From: Acidithiobacillus sp.
Lineage (GTDB): Bacteria; Pseudomonadota; Gammaproteobacteria; Acidithiobacillales; Acidithiobacillaceae
Length of the DNA: 64,000 nucleotides
Direction of reading: 5' to 3'
Assembly: GCF_023256195.1 (NCBI RefSeq)
Contig: NZ_JAGDWX010000018.1
Span: 45,031 to 109,030 of the forward strand
Shown here: in pieces, positions 8,328 through 17,752 of the stretch
How positions within the stretch are numbered: the stretch's first letter is position 1
Layout of the letters: the number at the start of each line of letters is the position of its first letter
Notes under the pieces: model-generated
The model's input: the letters and a program-made list of their open reading frames with translations, nothing else
Database searches by the model: none
What the model was told of the DNA's origin: nothing
Made by a program: the position numbers and the translations under genes

Positions 8328-8735
8328 CTAGGGCAGCGAAACTCCATCCTTATGGGGAAAAACACGAATTCCCTCGTGAGCGCCAGAGAGCACCGCATCC
8401 AACCACAGCTCCAGGGGCATCTCGCGGCGGGACAGGGCGCGCAAAAGCATGGGCAGATTGATACCCGTCACCAGTCGGGCACGCGCTCCGAGCATTTCCA
8501 CAGGGACGATATTGGTGGGTGTTGCGCCAAAAAGATCCGTGAGAATCAGCAGGGCATCCGCCGGCGCCAGGCCCCGAATGCAATTTTGCAGCCACACCTT
8601 TTCCCATTCCAGGTCGCTGTCTGCGCCAATTTCCCGCAGCTCCACGGCATCGGGGACCGTGCCGAAGATATGCTCCAATACGGCCAAAAAACCCCGGCCA
8701 AGACCGCGGTGAGTCAGCAACAGGATGCGATTCAC
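8328..8735 (-). CDS. PTS EIIA component, mannose/fructose family
   Basis: 135 aa from GTG 8735, which overlaps the rapZ stop as GTGA. N-terminal ILLLTHRGLG contains the phosphorylatable His. EIIA-Man fold length. Confidence 0.8.
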   Translation of the reverse strand: MNRILLLTHRGLGRGFLAVLEHIFGTVPDAVELREIGADSDLEWEKVWLQNCIRGLAPADALLILTDLFGATPTNIVPVEMLGARARLVTGINLPMLLRALSRREMPLELWLDAVLSGAHEGIRVFPHKDGVSLP

Positions 8736-9628
8736 GGACGCATCTCGGTAATCTGCAGTTCGCGATGGTGGATGAGCACCCGCCGACCTTCCTGCGCCAG
8801 GAGATCGGCAAGCACCTCCGTCAGATACACGCTGCGATGCCTGCCACCCGTGCAACCCAGGGAAACGGTGACGTAGTTGCGATGATCGCGGGCGAAAGGC
8901 GCCAGCCACTGCTGCAGAAAATCGTTGAGGCTGTCGCGGGCGCGTACCAGCTCCGGACGCGCCGCCAGAAAATCCCGAACCCCGGGATCGCGACCGGTGA
9001 GCTCTCGAAGTTCCGGGTGATAATGGGGATTGGGTAGGGCCCGCAAGTCGAAGACGAAATCGGAATCCAGAGGCAGGCCGTTGCGAAAGGCGAAGGATTG
9101 CAGGAGCAGCACCAGCCCTCGATAGTGCTGCGAAGCCAGACTCCAGGCCTGCACCCGCAGGCGCAGTTCGTGGGCATTGATGCGCGAGGTGTCGAGGCGC
9201 TTGTCGGCCTCGCCGGCGAGGCTCTGCAGCATTTCCCGCTCCCGCCTGAGGACGGTCCGCAGTCCCGCTGCCGGGCTCCGGTCGGTGGCATCCGTCAGAG
9301 GATGACGGCGGCGGGTTTCGCTGTAGCGGCGGATCAGGGTGTCCTCATCCGCCTCCAGAAACAGGATACGGGGCTGCGCCTCCTGGCGCAGTTGCGCCAG
9401 TGCTGCGGGCAGGTCGTCGAGAAACTCGCGGTTGCGCACATCCACACTCACTGCCGCCAGAGCCTGCTCCGGCGCGCGCGCCCGCAGGGTGCGACTGAAC
9501 TGTATCAGGAGTGTGGCGGGAAGATTGTCGACGCAGTAATAGCCTTGATCCTCCAGCGCCTGCAGGACCGTGGACTTGCCCGAACCCGACAGACCGCTGA
9601 CGACGATGAAATCGCGCGCGACGGTCAC
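8732..9628 (-). CDS. rapZ: RNase adapter protein RapZ
   Basis: 298 aa from GTG 9628, which overlaps the hprK stop as GTGA. Walker A GLSGSGKS. C-terminal GCTGGRHRSV motif. The longer 415-aa track ORF was rejected. Confidence 0.9.
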   Translation of the reverse strand: MTVARDFIVVSGLSGSGKSTVLQALEDQGYYCVDNLPATLLIQFSRTLRARAPEQALAAVSVDVRNREFLDDLPAALAQLRQEAQPRILFLEADEDTLIRRYSETRRRHPLTDATDRSPAAGLRTVLRREREMLQSLAGEADKRLDTSRINAHELRLRVQAWSLASQHYRGLVLLLQSFAFRNGLPLDSDFVFDLRALPNPHYHPELRELTGRDPGVRDFLAARPELVRARDSLNDFLQQWLAPFARDHRNYVTVSLGCTGGRHRSVYLTEVLADLLAQEGRRVLIHHRELQITEMRP

Positions 9629-10572
9629 GGCAACCCTGCGGCGGCCAGGCGCGTCTGGGCATCGAACTCGGCGAGCATGTCGATACCGGACTCCTTGACG
9701 TACTGACTGCGTGCGGCGGCCTCCACGAGTACGGCCAGATTGCGGGCGGGGCTCACGGGCAGACGCAGGCGCGTGAACTCTACGCCGAGGATCTGGAGTC
9801 GATCCACCTTGCCCTGCAGACGATCGATATCCGCCATCTCCATATCGGCCATTTCCTTGATCTCTATCACCAGACGCAGACGCTTGGAGCGCACGATGGC
9901 GGCCGCGCCGAAGAGCTCGCGGATATTGATGATCCCGAGTCCGCGTACCTCGAGAAAGTCCCGCAGGGCGGGCGGACAATGTCCGGTGATGACCTCGGGC
10001 GCCTCACGCACGCAGAGCACACTGTCGTCGGCCACCAGACGATGGTTGCGGCTGACCAGCTCCAACGCCAGCTCGCTCTTGCCGATGCCGGCCTCACCCT
10101 GAATCAGCACGCCCACACCGAAGACGTCCACCAGCACGCCATGCAGGAATTCCCGCGGCGCCAACTCCTGATGCAGAAAGTGCTGTAGCCGCGACAGCAC
10201 CGCCCGCGCCCGCTGGGGCGCCGCAAAGACCGCTATCTGCTGCGCCCGTAGACGTTCCAGCAACACGGCATCGATATCTTCTACCTCACACAGCACCAAA
10301 AGACGCAAGCGCTCGTTGAGGAACTGAGGGATCTGCTCCGGCAGTCGGCGCAGGTAATCCAGCTCGAGTCTGCCCGCCACCTGCACCGGATGGGGCCGGA
10401 TGAAATTGAGAAAACCCACGAGCGCGGCACCGCTGGCCAGGTCCTGTGCATCGACGCTGTGGTCGGCCGCGAGCACGCAAAAAGGGTCGGGAAGATGCAG
10501 ACAGCGCCAGGAAAGCCCCTCTTCCAGCGCGTGAAAGAGTGCGGCACACTGAATCTGTCGTTCCAGGGCCAT
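9625..10572 (-). CDS. hprK: HPr kinase/phosphorylase
   Basis: 315 aa. P-loop GEAGIGKSELALEL and LEVRGLGIINI signature. Confidence 0.9.
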   Translation of the reverse strand: MALERQIQCAALFHALEEGLSWRCLHLPDPFCVLAADHSVDAQDLASGAALVGFLNFIRPHPVQVAGRLELDYLRRLPEQIPQFLNERLRLLVLCEVEDIDAVLLERLRAQQIAVFAAPQRARAVLSRLQHFLHQELAPREFLHGVLVDVFGVGVLIQGEAGIGKSELALELVSRNHRLVADDSVLCVREAPEVITGHCPPALRDFLEVRGLGIINIRELFGAAAIVRSKRLRLVIEIKEMADMEMADIDRLQGKVDRLQILGVEFTRLRLPVSPARNLAVLVEAAARSQYVKESGIDMLAEFDAQTRLAAAGLP

Positions 10573-10590
10573 GCCGAGCCCGCGTCCGCC

Positions 10591-11040
10591 TCAGCCGCGG
10601 GCGTCGACCAGAAGTCGGTGAAAGCTCGCCGCTTCCGGTACCGTGCGCACTGCCTCTCGCAGGTCCTCACGCATGAGACGGCTGGCAAGGTCCGAAAGGA
10701 TCTCGAGGTGCCCCGTCGTGGCATCTGCCGGCACCAGCAGGGCGATGAAGATCTGCACTGCCTCGCCGTCCGGCGCAGCAAAGGCGACGGGATGGCGGCT
10801 CCGCAGCGCCGCTGCTACCGGCTCCCGCACCTCGGTGGAACGGGCATGGGGCACGGCAACGCCATGCCCGATGGCTGTGGATCCCTGCTGCTCCCGTTCC
10901 TGCAGAGCCTGCCGCACCGCATCCGCCGGCGCCCCCGACTGCTGCGACAAAAGGCGGGCGAGCTCCGCCAGCACTGCCTCGGCACTATCGACATCGAGAT
11001 CCAGAACGACGGCATCCAGTGCCAGGGGCAGAGAATTCAT
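10591..11040 (-). CDS. ptsN: Nitrogen-regulatory PTS EIIA (EIIA-Ntr)
   Basis: 149 aa from ATG 11040. TAIGHGVAVPHAR active-site His region. Canonical position after hpf. Confidence 0.9.
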   Translation of the reverse strand: MNSLPLALDAVVLDLDVDSAEAVLAELARLLSQQSGAPADAVRQALQEREQQGSTAIGHGVAVPHARSTEVREPVAAALRSRHPVAFAAPDGEAVQIFIALLVPADATTGHLEILSDLASRLMREDLREAVRTVPEAASFHRLLVDARG

Positions 11041-11044
11041 GGTG

Positions 11045-11386
11045 TCAGTCCGTCTGCATGGCAACACTGACGACGCCCGAGGGCTCGGCCCGATGGTCAC
11101 GGAGCCGCTCCTTGTACTGCCGGATCTGTCCTTCGAGCTTGGCCGCCACGAGATCGATGGCCGCGTACATGTCGGCATCGTGGCAATCGGCGTGGAAATC
11201 GTGACCCGGAGAGTGCACGGTGATCTCTACGACATTGGGCAACTTCTCGTGGCTGAGGTGCTTCATCACCACGCGCGCATCCAACACGTGATCAAAATAG
11301 CGGTCGAGACGAGCGATCTTTTCTGAGACGTAGCTCTTGAGGGCCTCGGTGAGATCCAAGTGTTGTCCCGTTATGCTGATCTGCAT
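11045..11386 (-). CDS. hpf: Ribosome hibernation promoting factor (short HPF/YhbH type)
   Basis: 113 aa. MQISITGQHLDLTEALKSYV N-terminus typical of the S30AE/HPF family. Directly downstream of rpoN. Confidence 0.9.
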   Translation of the reverse strand: MQISITGQHLDLTEALKSYVSEKIARLDRYFDHVLDARVVMKHLSHEKLPNVVEITVHSPGHDFHADCHDADMYAAIDLVAAKLEGQIRQYKERLRDHRAEPSGVVSVAMQTD

Positions 11387-11482
11387 GGCATTCTCCTTTA
11401 GACTTTAATGATATGGCCGCTCTGGATACCTACACGGGCTGGAAACAGTGTAGCGCCATCCCGGAGACGAACCAATCCCGAC

Positions 11483-12916
11483 TCAGAGACGCCGTCTCTG
11501 GCTGGCCGGTGGGATATTGGCGCCTTCGCGGTATTTGGCGACGGTGCGGCGTGCGATCTGCACGCCCTGTTCGGCCAGGATCTTGGCAATATCGGCGTCG
11601 CTCAGCGGGTGCTGCGGGTCCTCGGCCTGCACGAATTTGGCGATGAGGGCGCGGATGGCGGTGGCGGACGCGGCCCCGCCACTGTCGGTGTTCACGTGAC
11701 TGGAGAAGAAGTACTTGAACTCGAAGAGGCCCCTGGGCGTGATCATGTACTTCTGATTGGTGACCCGCGATACCGTGGATTCGTGCATCTCCACGGCCTC
11801 GGCAATGTCCCGCAGGACCATGGGCCGCATGGATTCGGGACCGTGACGGAAGAAGTCCTGCTGGCGCTCGACGATGGCGCTGGCCACCTTGAGTACCGTC
11901 TCCTGTCGACTCTGCAGGCTCTTGATGAACCAGCGCGCTTCACTGAGCTGATCCTGGATGTAGCGGTGCGCCGCATCGCGGGCGCCGGCCATTTCGGCGT
12001 AGTGCCGGTTGATGCGCAGGCGCGGCATGGCCTCGGGGTTGAGTTCGACGCGCAACCGTCGACCGCTCCAGCGCACGATGACATCGGGGATGACGTATTC
12101 GGCGGATTCTTCCCCCACCGTATTGCCCGGTTTGGGGTTGAGACTGGCGATGAGGGCCACCGCCTGGCGCAAGCTTTCGGGGTCGGCGCCAAGGAGCTGA
12201 CCCAGACGACCATAGTCGTGCTTGCCGAGCAGGCCCAGTTGCTCCTCGACGATACGCCGCGCCAACCGCACCACCGGCTGCTCGGGTTCCGGTAGCTGCC
12301 GCAGTTGCAGTGACAGACATTCGCCCAGATCACGCGCCGCGACCCCGGGAGGGTCGAAGTCCTGGATCCTGCGCAGCACCGGCAGCACCTCGGCCGGCGG
12401 CAGCTCCAGAGTCGCTGCCAACTCCTCGATGCTGGCCACCAGGTAGCCGCTATCGTCCACGGCATCGATGATCACTTCGGCGATATTTCGTTCCGCCACA
12501 CTGAAGTGGCTGAGGTCGGCCTGCCAACGGAGATAGTCCTGGAGGGACTGGGAGCGACTGTTGCGCGCCTCGAAATCCGGCAGATCGTCGTCCGCTGGCG
12601 GGCCTGCGGATGGTGTGTTGCCGAGGTCGTAGATATCGTCCCACTGACTATCCACGGGCAGATCGTTGGGCAGTGCATCGTCCGCATCCAGATCCAGCTG
12701 GCGCTCCTCGGCAGCGGTCTCATTGCGCGGCTCTGGCGCCTCCGCCGACTCGCTCCCCTCCTCGACATCCTCGTCCAGCAGTGGGTTGCTCTCCAGCATG
12801 CTCTGCACTTCCTGGCGCAGGTCGAGGGTGGAGAGCTGCAAGAGACGAATGGCCTGCTGCAGCTGAGGAGTCATGGTCAAATGCTGACCGAGCTTGAGTT
12901 CGAGTCCTGGCTTCAT
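11483..12916 (-). CDS. rpoN: RNA polymerase sigma-54
   Basis: 477 aa. Gln/Leu-rich region I (LELKLGQHLTMTPQLQQAIRLLQLS) and RpoN box ARRTVAKYRE. Confidence 0.95.
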   Translation of the reverse strand: MKPGLELKLGQHLTMTPQLQQAIRLLQLSTLDLRQEVQSMLESNPLLDEDVEEGSESAEAPEPRNETAAEERQLDLDADDALPNDLPVDSQWDDIYDLGNTPSAGPPADDDLPDFEARNSRSQSLQDYLRWQADLSHFSVAERNIAEVIIDAVDDSGYLVASIEELAATLELPPAEVLPVLRRIQDFDPPGVAARDLGECLSLQLRQLPEPEQPVVRLARRIVEEQLGLLGKHDYGRLGQLLGADPESLRQAVALIASLNPKPGNTVGEESAEYVIPDVIVRWSGRRLRVELNPEAMPRLRINRHYAEMAGARDAAHRYIQDQLSEARWFIKSLQSRQETVLKVASAIVERQQDFFRHGPESMRPMVLRDIAEAVEMHESTVSRVTNQKYMITPRGLFEFKYFFSSHVNTDSGGAASATAIRALIAKFVQAEDPQHPLSDADIAKILAEQGVQIARRTVAKYREGANIPPASQRRRL

Positions 12917-12922
12917 GGCGGT

Positions 12923-13648
12923 TCAGATCTTGAACTGATCTCCCAAGTACACTTCCCGCACCAGCGGGTTGCTCACCACCGCTTCGGGATCTCCCGAGGT
13001 GAGCACCGCACCATCGTGCAGTATATAGGCGCGTTCACAGATTCCGAGGGTCTCGCGGACATTGTGGTCGGTGATGAGGATGCCGATGCCCCGCTCCCGC
13101 AGACCTCGAATGAGGTGCTGCAGATCCAGTACCGAGATGGGATCGATACCGGCGAAGGGCTCGTCCAGAAGGATGAAGCGCGGGTTCATGGCCAGCGCCC
13201 GGGCGATCTCCACCCGTCGGCGTTCGCCGCCAGAGAGGCTGTGGCCCTTGGTGTCACGCAGCGCGTGTAGATGCAGCTCGCCCATGAGCCGCTCCAGCTG
13301 CTCTTCGCGTTCCAGCGGCGTGAGGGGAAGCTGCTCCAGCACGGCGAGGATATTGTCGGCAGCGGTCATGTTGCGAAATACCGAAGGCTCCTGCGGCAGA
13401 TAGCCGAGGCCCAGACGCGCCCGCTCGTGCATGGGCAGATCGGTGATATCCTTGCCGAGCAGGGAGATATGGCCGCCGTCTGGACGCACCAAGCCCACCA
13501 TCATATAGAAGGTCGTGGTCTTGCCGGCGCCGTTGGGTCCCAGAAGACCGACTACCTCGCCCGCCGCCACTTCCACCGAGACTTCCCGCACCACGGTCCG
13601 GCGCCGATACCGTTTGCAAAGGCCCTCGGCGTGCAGGGACTCGCTCAT
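12923..13648 (-). CDS. lptB: LPS export ABC transporter ATPase
   Basis: Walker [10 protein letters not shown], signature LSGGERRR and Walker B ILLDEP. Position between lptA and rpoN. Confidence 0.95.
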   Translation of the reverse strand: MSESLHAEGLCKRYRRRTVVREVSVEVAAGEVVGLLGPNGAGKTTTFYMMVGLVRPDGGHISLLGKDITDLPMHERARLGLGYLPQEPSVFRNMTAADNILAVLEQLPLTPLEREEQLERLMGELHLHALRDTKGHSLSGGERRRVEIARALAMNPRFILLDEPFAGIDPISVLDLQHLIRGLRERGIGILITDHNVRETLGICERAYILHDGAVLTSGDPEAVVSNPLVREVYLGDQFKI

Positions 13649-14199
13649 GGTTTCCCGCCGGGGCTGGCAGCGGTCTTGGCCGTACCGGGATAAAAGACCG
13701 ACTGGACTCGCTGACCCGGTGCCGCACTGACGGTGGTGTGCTGGTCCTGCAGATGGTAGACCACCTGCTGACCGCTGACCTCGTTGGGACCCTGCCAGAG
13801 GTGGGCATTGCCCGTGAGGACGATCTCGCCGCTGCCCGGCCGATAGACCAGGGTATCGCCATAGCCATGACGCTGGGCGCTGGACATGGTGAAGGTGACC
13901 GGTGAACCCACGGCGGTCGCCACCTCCACCTTGCCTTGGCGGGCGTCGATGGTGAGTTTTTGTGCATGGATGACGATATCCCCCTGGGTCATCACCACCT
14001 TGCCGGTGTAGACCGCCTGCTGCTGCGGTTTATTCTGCGCGGTGAGGCTGTCGGCGCTGATGTGGATGGGACCCTTGCCGAGGGCCGCGTTCGTGGGCCC
14101 GACGGCAGCCCGAGCCGTCGGCAGGAGTGCCAGGCTGGACAGGGCGAGGATAACGATCAGTCGCGGTCGATCAGGGCACATAGCTTCCTTCCACATCAT
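13645..14199 (-). CDS. lptA: LPS transport periplasmic protein LptA (OstA-like)
   Basis: Signal peptide [15 protein letters not shown], OstA_N-like sequence, ATGA overlap with lptB. Start is 14199, or an internal ATG at 14181. Confidence 0.85.
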   Translation of the reverse strand: MMWKEAMCPDRPRLIVILALSSLALLPTARAAVGPTNAALGKGPIHISADSLTAQNKPQQQAVYTGKVVMTQGDIVIHAQKLTIDARQGKVEVATAVGSPVTFTMSSAQRHGYGDTLVYRPGSGEIVLTGNAHLWQGPNEVSGQQVVYHLQDQHTTVSAAPGQRVQSVFYPGTAKTAASPGGKP

Positions 14200-14722
14200 G
14201 CAGGAGACGGATTTCCTGGGTTTTCACCGAGGCCCAGAGGCCCACACCCTGCAGCGTGCTGCGACCGTGGGTAAGGAAAACGGGGTCGCGGCTGCGGATG
14301 ATGCCGCTGCTGGGATCGTAGCGCAGCTTCTGAGTACGCAGGGTCGAGTCGGGTTGCAGCAGTCCACGCACGTCGCCCCACAGCGTCACGTCGCGATCCC
14401 GATCGTGGACCAGGGCATGCCGGCCACTCAGGAGCAGATCCCCCTCGGCGCGAAAGCGACGGATGTGTACATCGTTCAGGAAGGTTTCATCCTGCTTGGG
14501 CTCATGATAGGCAGAGGCAGCCGTGGCCAAAAGCTCCAGGTGACCGGCGGCGTCGTACTGCCGCAGGATCACCTGGGTGACGGATTGATCGCCACGGTGG
14601 ATCTGCCCGTGCCAGTCGATGCCCGGCAGCTCCATCGCCTGCTTCGGCCAGGTCCACCAGACCAGGGCGGCAAGCAGGAGCAGGAAAAAGGGCATCAGTG
14701 CCTGGGACCAATGCCGCCTCAC
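14171..14722 (-). CDS. lptC: LPS export system protein LptC
   Basis: N-terminal TM anchor FFLLLLAALVWWTW followed by an LptC-like beta-rich domain. Preferred start is GTG 14722, overlapping the kdsC stop as GTGA; the alternative is ATG 14695. Confidence 0.8.
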   Translation of the reverse strand: MRRHWSQALMPFFLLLLAALVWWTWPKQAMELPGIDWHGQIHRGDQSVTQVILRQYDAAGHLELLATAASAYHEPKQDETFLNDVHIRRFRAEGDLLLSGRHALVHDRDRDVTLWGDVRGLLQPDSTLRTQKLRYDPSSGIIRSRDPVFLTHGRSTLQGVGLWASVKTQEIRLLHDVEGSYVP

Positions 14723-15264
14723 CCCTGGCCCTCCTGCAGATAGGGTTCCAGCAAACGGGTCCAATGCCCTTGGGCTTTGAGGATGGCCTCGCAGAATTCG
14801 CGCACGGCGCCGCCACCCCCGGGAGCCTGGGCGCGCCAATGCACCCGAGCCAGCACCTCGGGATGGGCGTCACCGGGACAAGCGGCGAGGCCAACACTGG
14901 TGAGAATGGGCAGATCGATGAGGTCGTCCCCCATATAGGCGATGGCCGTATTCTCCAGGTTCAGCTCCAGCTTCAGCTCTCGATAGGCCAGACGCTTGTC
15001 GAGGCTGCCCTGATAGACCCGGCGGATGCCGAGATCCTGGGCGCGATAGGCAAGGGCCGGAGAGTAGCGGGCCGTGATGAACGCAATCTCGATGCCGGCC
15101 TTCTGCAGCATCTTCAGGCCATGACCATCGCGTACGTGAAAGGCCTTGCTCTCCCGCCCTTCGGCATCGAAAAGCAGACGACCATCCGTAAGCACCCCGT
15201 CGACATCGAAAATGGCCAGGCGAATACCCAACCATCGTGCTTCGGGCACGCTGCGCTCGCTCAT
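14719..15264 (-). CDS. kdsC: KDO 8-phosphate phosphatase
   Basis: HAD motif LAIFDVDGVLTDG, ~180 aa, ATGA overlap with kdsD. Confidence 0.9.
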   Translation of the reverse strand: MSERSVPEARWLGIRLAIFDVDGVLTDGRLLFDAEGRESKAFHVRDGHGLKMLQKAGIEIAFITARYSPALAYRAQDLGIRRVYQGSLDKRLAYRELKLELNLENTAIAYMGDDLIDLPILTSVGLAACPGDAHPEVLARVHWRAQAPGGGGAVREFCEAILKAQGHWTRLLEPYLQEGQG

Positions 15265-16292
15265 ACGATACCCGCCCGCAGCAGATCGTGCATCGCCAGA
15301 ATCCCCTCCAGTTGGCCGTCATCGCCCAGGATGAGAAGGGCATTGATGCGCTCGGCCTCCATCTGTGCCAGAGCTTCCGCCGCCAGCGCGGTGGCGGCGA
15401 TGTGGCGAGGTCGTGGGTGGCAGAGCTCAGCCATGGGCAGGTCCCAGATTTCCTGTCCCCGGGTCAGCGCCCGCCGAAGATCACCGTCGGTAAAGATCCC
15501 CAGAACCCGATCCGCCTCATCCACCACCGTCGTCATCCCCAGACCCTTGCCGCTCATCTCGAGGATGGCCTCGCGCAGCGGGGTCTGCGGACACACCCGC
15601 GGGAGATCGGCACCTCTGCGCATGAGGTCCTGCACCCGCAGCAGCAGACGCCGACCCAGGGCACCGCCCGGGTGGGACAGGGCAAAATCGTCCGCCGTGA
15701 AACCGCGCGCACGCAACAGCGCCATGGCCAGGGCGTCACCCATGGCCAGGGTCGCGGTGGTGGAGGCCGTCGGCGCCAGGTTGAGGGGGCAGGCTTCACG
15801 CTCCACCCGACAGTCCAGGTGCACTTCCGCCAGCCGCGCCAGGGTCGACTGCGGGCGCCCGGTCATGGCGATGAGGGGCACACCGAGGCGCTTGACCACG
15901 GGCAGGATGGCCAGGAGCTCGGCCGTCTCTCCCGAGTAGGACAGAGCCAGCAGGACGTCGTCCCGAGTGAGCATGCCCAGGTCGCCGTGACTACCCTCGG
16001 CGGGATGGAGGAAAAGCGCCGGACTGCCGGTGCTGGCCAGGGTCGCGGCGATTTTCTTGCCGATGATGCCGGATTTGCCCATGCCGGTGACGACGATGCG
16101 CCCTCGGCAGTCCAGCAAGCGCTGACAGGCGGCGACGAAGCTTTCGTCCAAACGCTCCACCAGGGCCGCCAGGGCCGCGGTCTCCAGGCGCAGGGTCTCG
16201 GCGGCGGTGGCCAGGAGTTCTGCCGCCGCCACCGCAGGCGCCGCCGGGCGCCGGGCCGGTGGCGAGAGACCCAGGTCCTCAGTCTTGCGCAT
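15261..16292 (-). CDS. kdsD: Arabinose-5-phosphate isomerase (SIS + tandem CBS)
   Basis: VVTGMGKSGIIGKKIA SIS motif and C-terminal CBS pair. ATG 16292 preferred over the track start 16364. Confidence 0.9.
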   Translation of the reverse strand: MRKTEDLGLSPPARRPAAPAVAAAELLATAAETLRLETAALAALVERLDESFVAACQRLLDCRGRIVVTGMGKSGIIGKKIAATLASTGSPALFLHPAEGSHGDLGMLTRDDVLLALSYSGETAELLAILPVVKRLGVPLIAMTGRPQSTLARLAEVHLDCRVEREACPLNLAPTASTTATLAMGDALAMALLRARGFTADDFALSHPGGALGRRLLLRVQDLMRRGADLPRVCPQTPLREAILEMSGKGLGMTTVVDEADRVLGIFTDGDLRRALTRGQEIWDLPMAELCHPRPRHIAATALAAEALAQMEAERINALLILGDDGQLEGILAMHDLLRAGIV

Positions 16293-16602
16293 CGGACTCC
16301 GAATCCTGCTGATCGTCGGGCTCGTCGTTGTCGTCGGTTGCCTTGTCCTTGCCATAGAGGGCATGGTAGACCTCCTGACAGCGCGGGTGCTTGGCCATCA
16401 CCTGGTCGACATCGGCGAAGGAGGCGGAACGCAGCAGCTGCCAGCATTTCACATTTTCACTGGCAAGGGCCTCGGGATGGCTGCGGTACCAGCCCGCCTG
16501 TCCCGTCTCGGAAGACGACAGGATCTCGGGCCGCTCGGACCAGAGCAGCAAGGCGATGAGGCCGATGGCCCCGATGACTACCAAGGTGTAGATGATTTTC
16601 AT
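16279..16602 (-). CDS. Small membrane-anchored hypothetical protein with an acidic tail
   Basis: 107 aa from ATG 16602. TM segment IIYTLVVIGAIGLIALLLW, two Cys, and C-terminal DDNDEPDDQQDSESDAQD. The 3' end overlaps the kdsD start by 14 nt. Confidence 0.5.
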   Translation of the reverse strand: MKIIYTLVVIGAIGLIALLLWSERPEILSSSETGQAGWYRSHPEALASENVKCWQLLRSASFADVDQVMAKHPRCQEVYHALYGKDKATDDNDEPDDQQDSESDAQD

Positions 16603-16662
16603 AGATCCAGTCGCTTGCAACACCCGTGAACCCACGTTCCGTGAACCCATGTGGGATGATTT

Positions 16663-17097
16663 CTAGACATCCTCTCCGTACTGCTGGTTGAGCAAGACCA
16701 CCAGCGCCTCTTCGCGAGGACCGAGGTCGGCATAGAGAGAGGACGAAAAAGTATCCCACATTGTGTGCAGTTGGGCGAGGTCTGCCCCGCCATCCAGCTG
16801 CTCCAGACTTTCCGCTACCTTCCCCAAGGCATCACGCAGCTGCAGACCCGAGCTCAGGCAGTTCTTGATGCGCTCGCGCGGATGAGGAATCCACTGGCGG
16901 TCGCCGACGTAGGAGCGCAGCTTTTCGCCCAGGTCCAGGACGCGCTTGCGCAGGCGGCTGGAAGTGCCGATCTGGCTACTCTTGAGCTCTCCCCACAAAC
17001 AGAGGTCCATGAGTACCAGCCAATCCCGACGCCATTGCTGCCGCTGGGCCTCCTCGGGGCGGGTCCAGCGTGCCACCTCTGCATCATCAAAGGCCAT
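16663..17097 (-). CDS. Hypothetical protein (144 aa)
   Basis: ATG 17097 overlaps the murU 3' end by 11 nt. Coding-like codon bias. No recognisable family. Confidence 0.5.
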   Translation of the reverse strand: MAFDDAEVARWTRPEEAQRQQWRRDWLVLMDLCLWGELKSSQIGTSSRLRKRVLDLGEKLRSYVGDRQWIPHPRERIKNCLSSGLQLRDALGKVAESLEQLDGGADLAQLHTMWDTFSSSLYADLGPREEALVVLLNQQYGEDV

Positions 17098-17752
17098 GCC
17101 TTCCTCCACAGGCGCGACGGGCGAGACGCCAGCGCGCCACCGTACCGACATCAAACCACAGTCCCTGGTGCAGACAGGCCGCCAGGCGCCCGGCTGCAGC
17201 CCACTCCCGCAACCAGGGGCCCAAGGGTGCCGGCGCCGCCGGCCGTCCGGCAAACCACGCCCCCGACAGGCGCGCCATGCCCGAGTAGGTATAGGCCGCC
17301 TGCCCAGCCTGTGGGCGCTCGACGCGCCCTCCGGCCACGGCAAAGTCGCCTTGGGGATGATGTTCCGGATTGGGCACCAGCACCAAGGTCTCGGTGGCAT
17401 CGGCCGCCGTCAACGCTGTCCAGTCAAAGTCGCTGCAGATATCGCCGTTGGCCAGCAGGAAGGGGGCATCGCCAAGCAGGTCGCGGGCACGGACGATGGC
17501 TCCACCCGTTTCCAGGCGACCGTCCCGCTCATCGCTGTACAGAATATCCAGGCCCATGCAACGGCGGCCGATGTGGGCGCGGATCTGCCCGCCCAGGTGG
17601 CCGATATTGATGACCACCCGCTCCAGGCCCAGGCCGGCAAAGCGCTCCAGGTGGTGGTACAGAAGCGGCCGGCCTGCCACCTCCAGCAGGGGTTTGGGCA
17701 CATAGTCGCTGAGCGGGCGCAGACGCTCGCCGCGACCGGCCGCAAGGATCAT
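17087..17752 (-). CDS. murU: N-acetylmuramate-1-phosphate uridylyltransferase-like nucleotidyltransferase
   Basis: MILAAGRGERLRPLSDYVPKPLL NTP-transferase N-terminus, 221 aa, ATGA overlap with amgK. This gene pair sits divergent from lptD, as I recall for Pseudomonas. Confidence 0.8.
   Translation of the reverse strand: MILAAGRGERLRPLSDYVPKPLLEVAGRPLLYHHLERFAGLGLERVVINIGHLGGQIRAHIGRRCMGLDILYSDERDGRLETGGAIVRARDLLGDAPFLLANGDICSDFDWTALTAADATETLVLVPNPEHHPQGDFAVAGGRVERPQAGQAAYTYSGMARLSGAWFAGRPAAPAPLGPWLREWAAAGRLAACLHQGLWFDVGTVARWRLARRACGGRHGL

Noticed and set aside
14698-16559. 413-aa and 440-aa plus-strand ORFs
   Set aside because: They are antisense to kdsC/kdsD, which carry clear HAD and SIS/CBS motifs. 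Arg-rich low-complexity translation.
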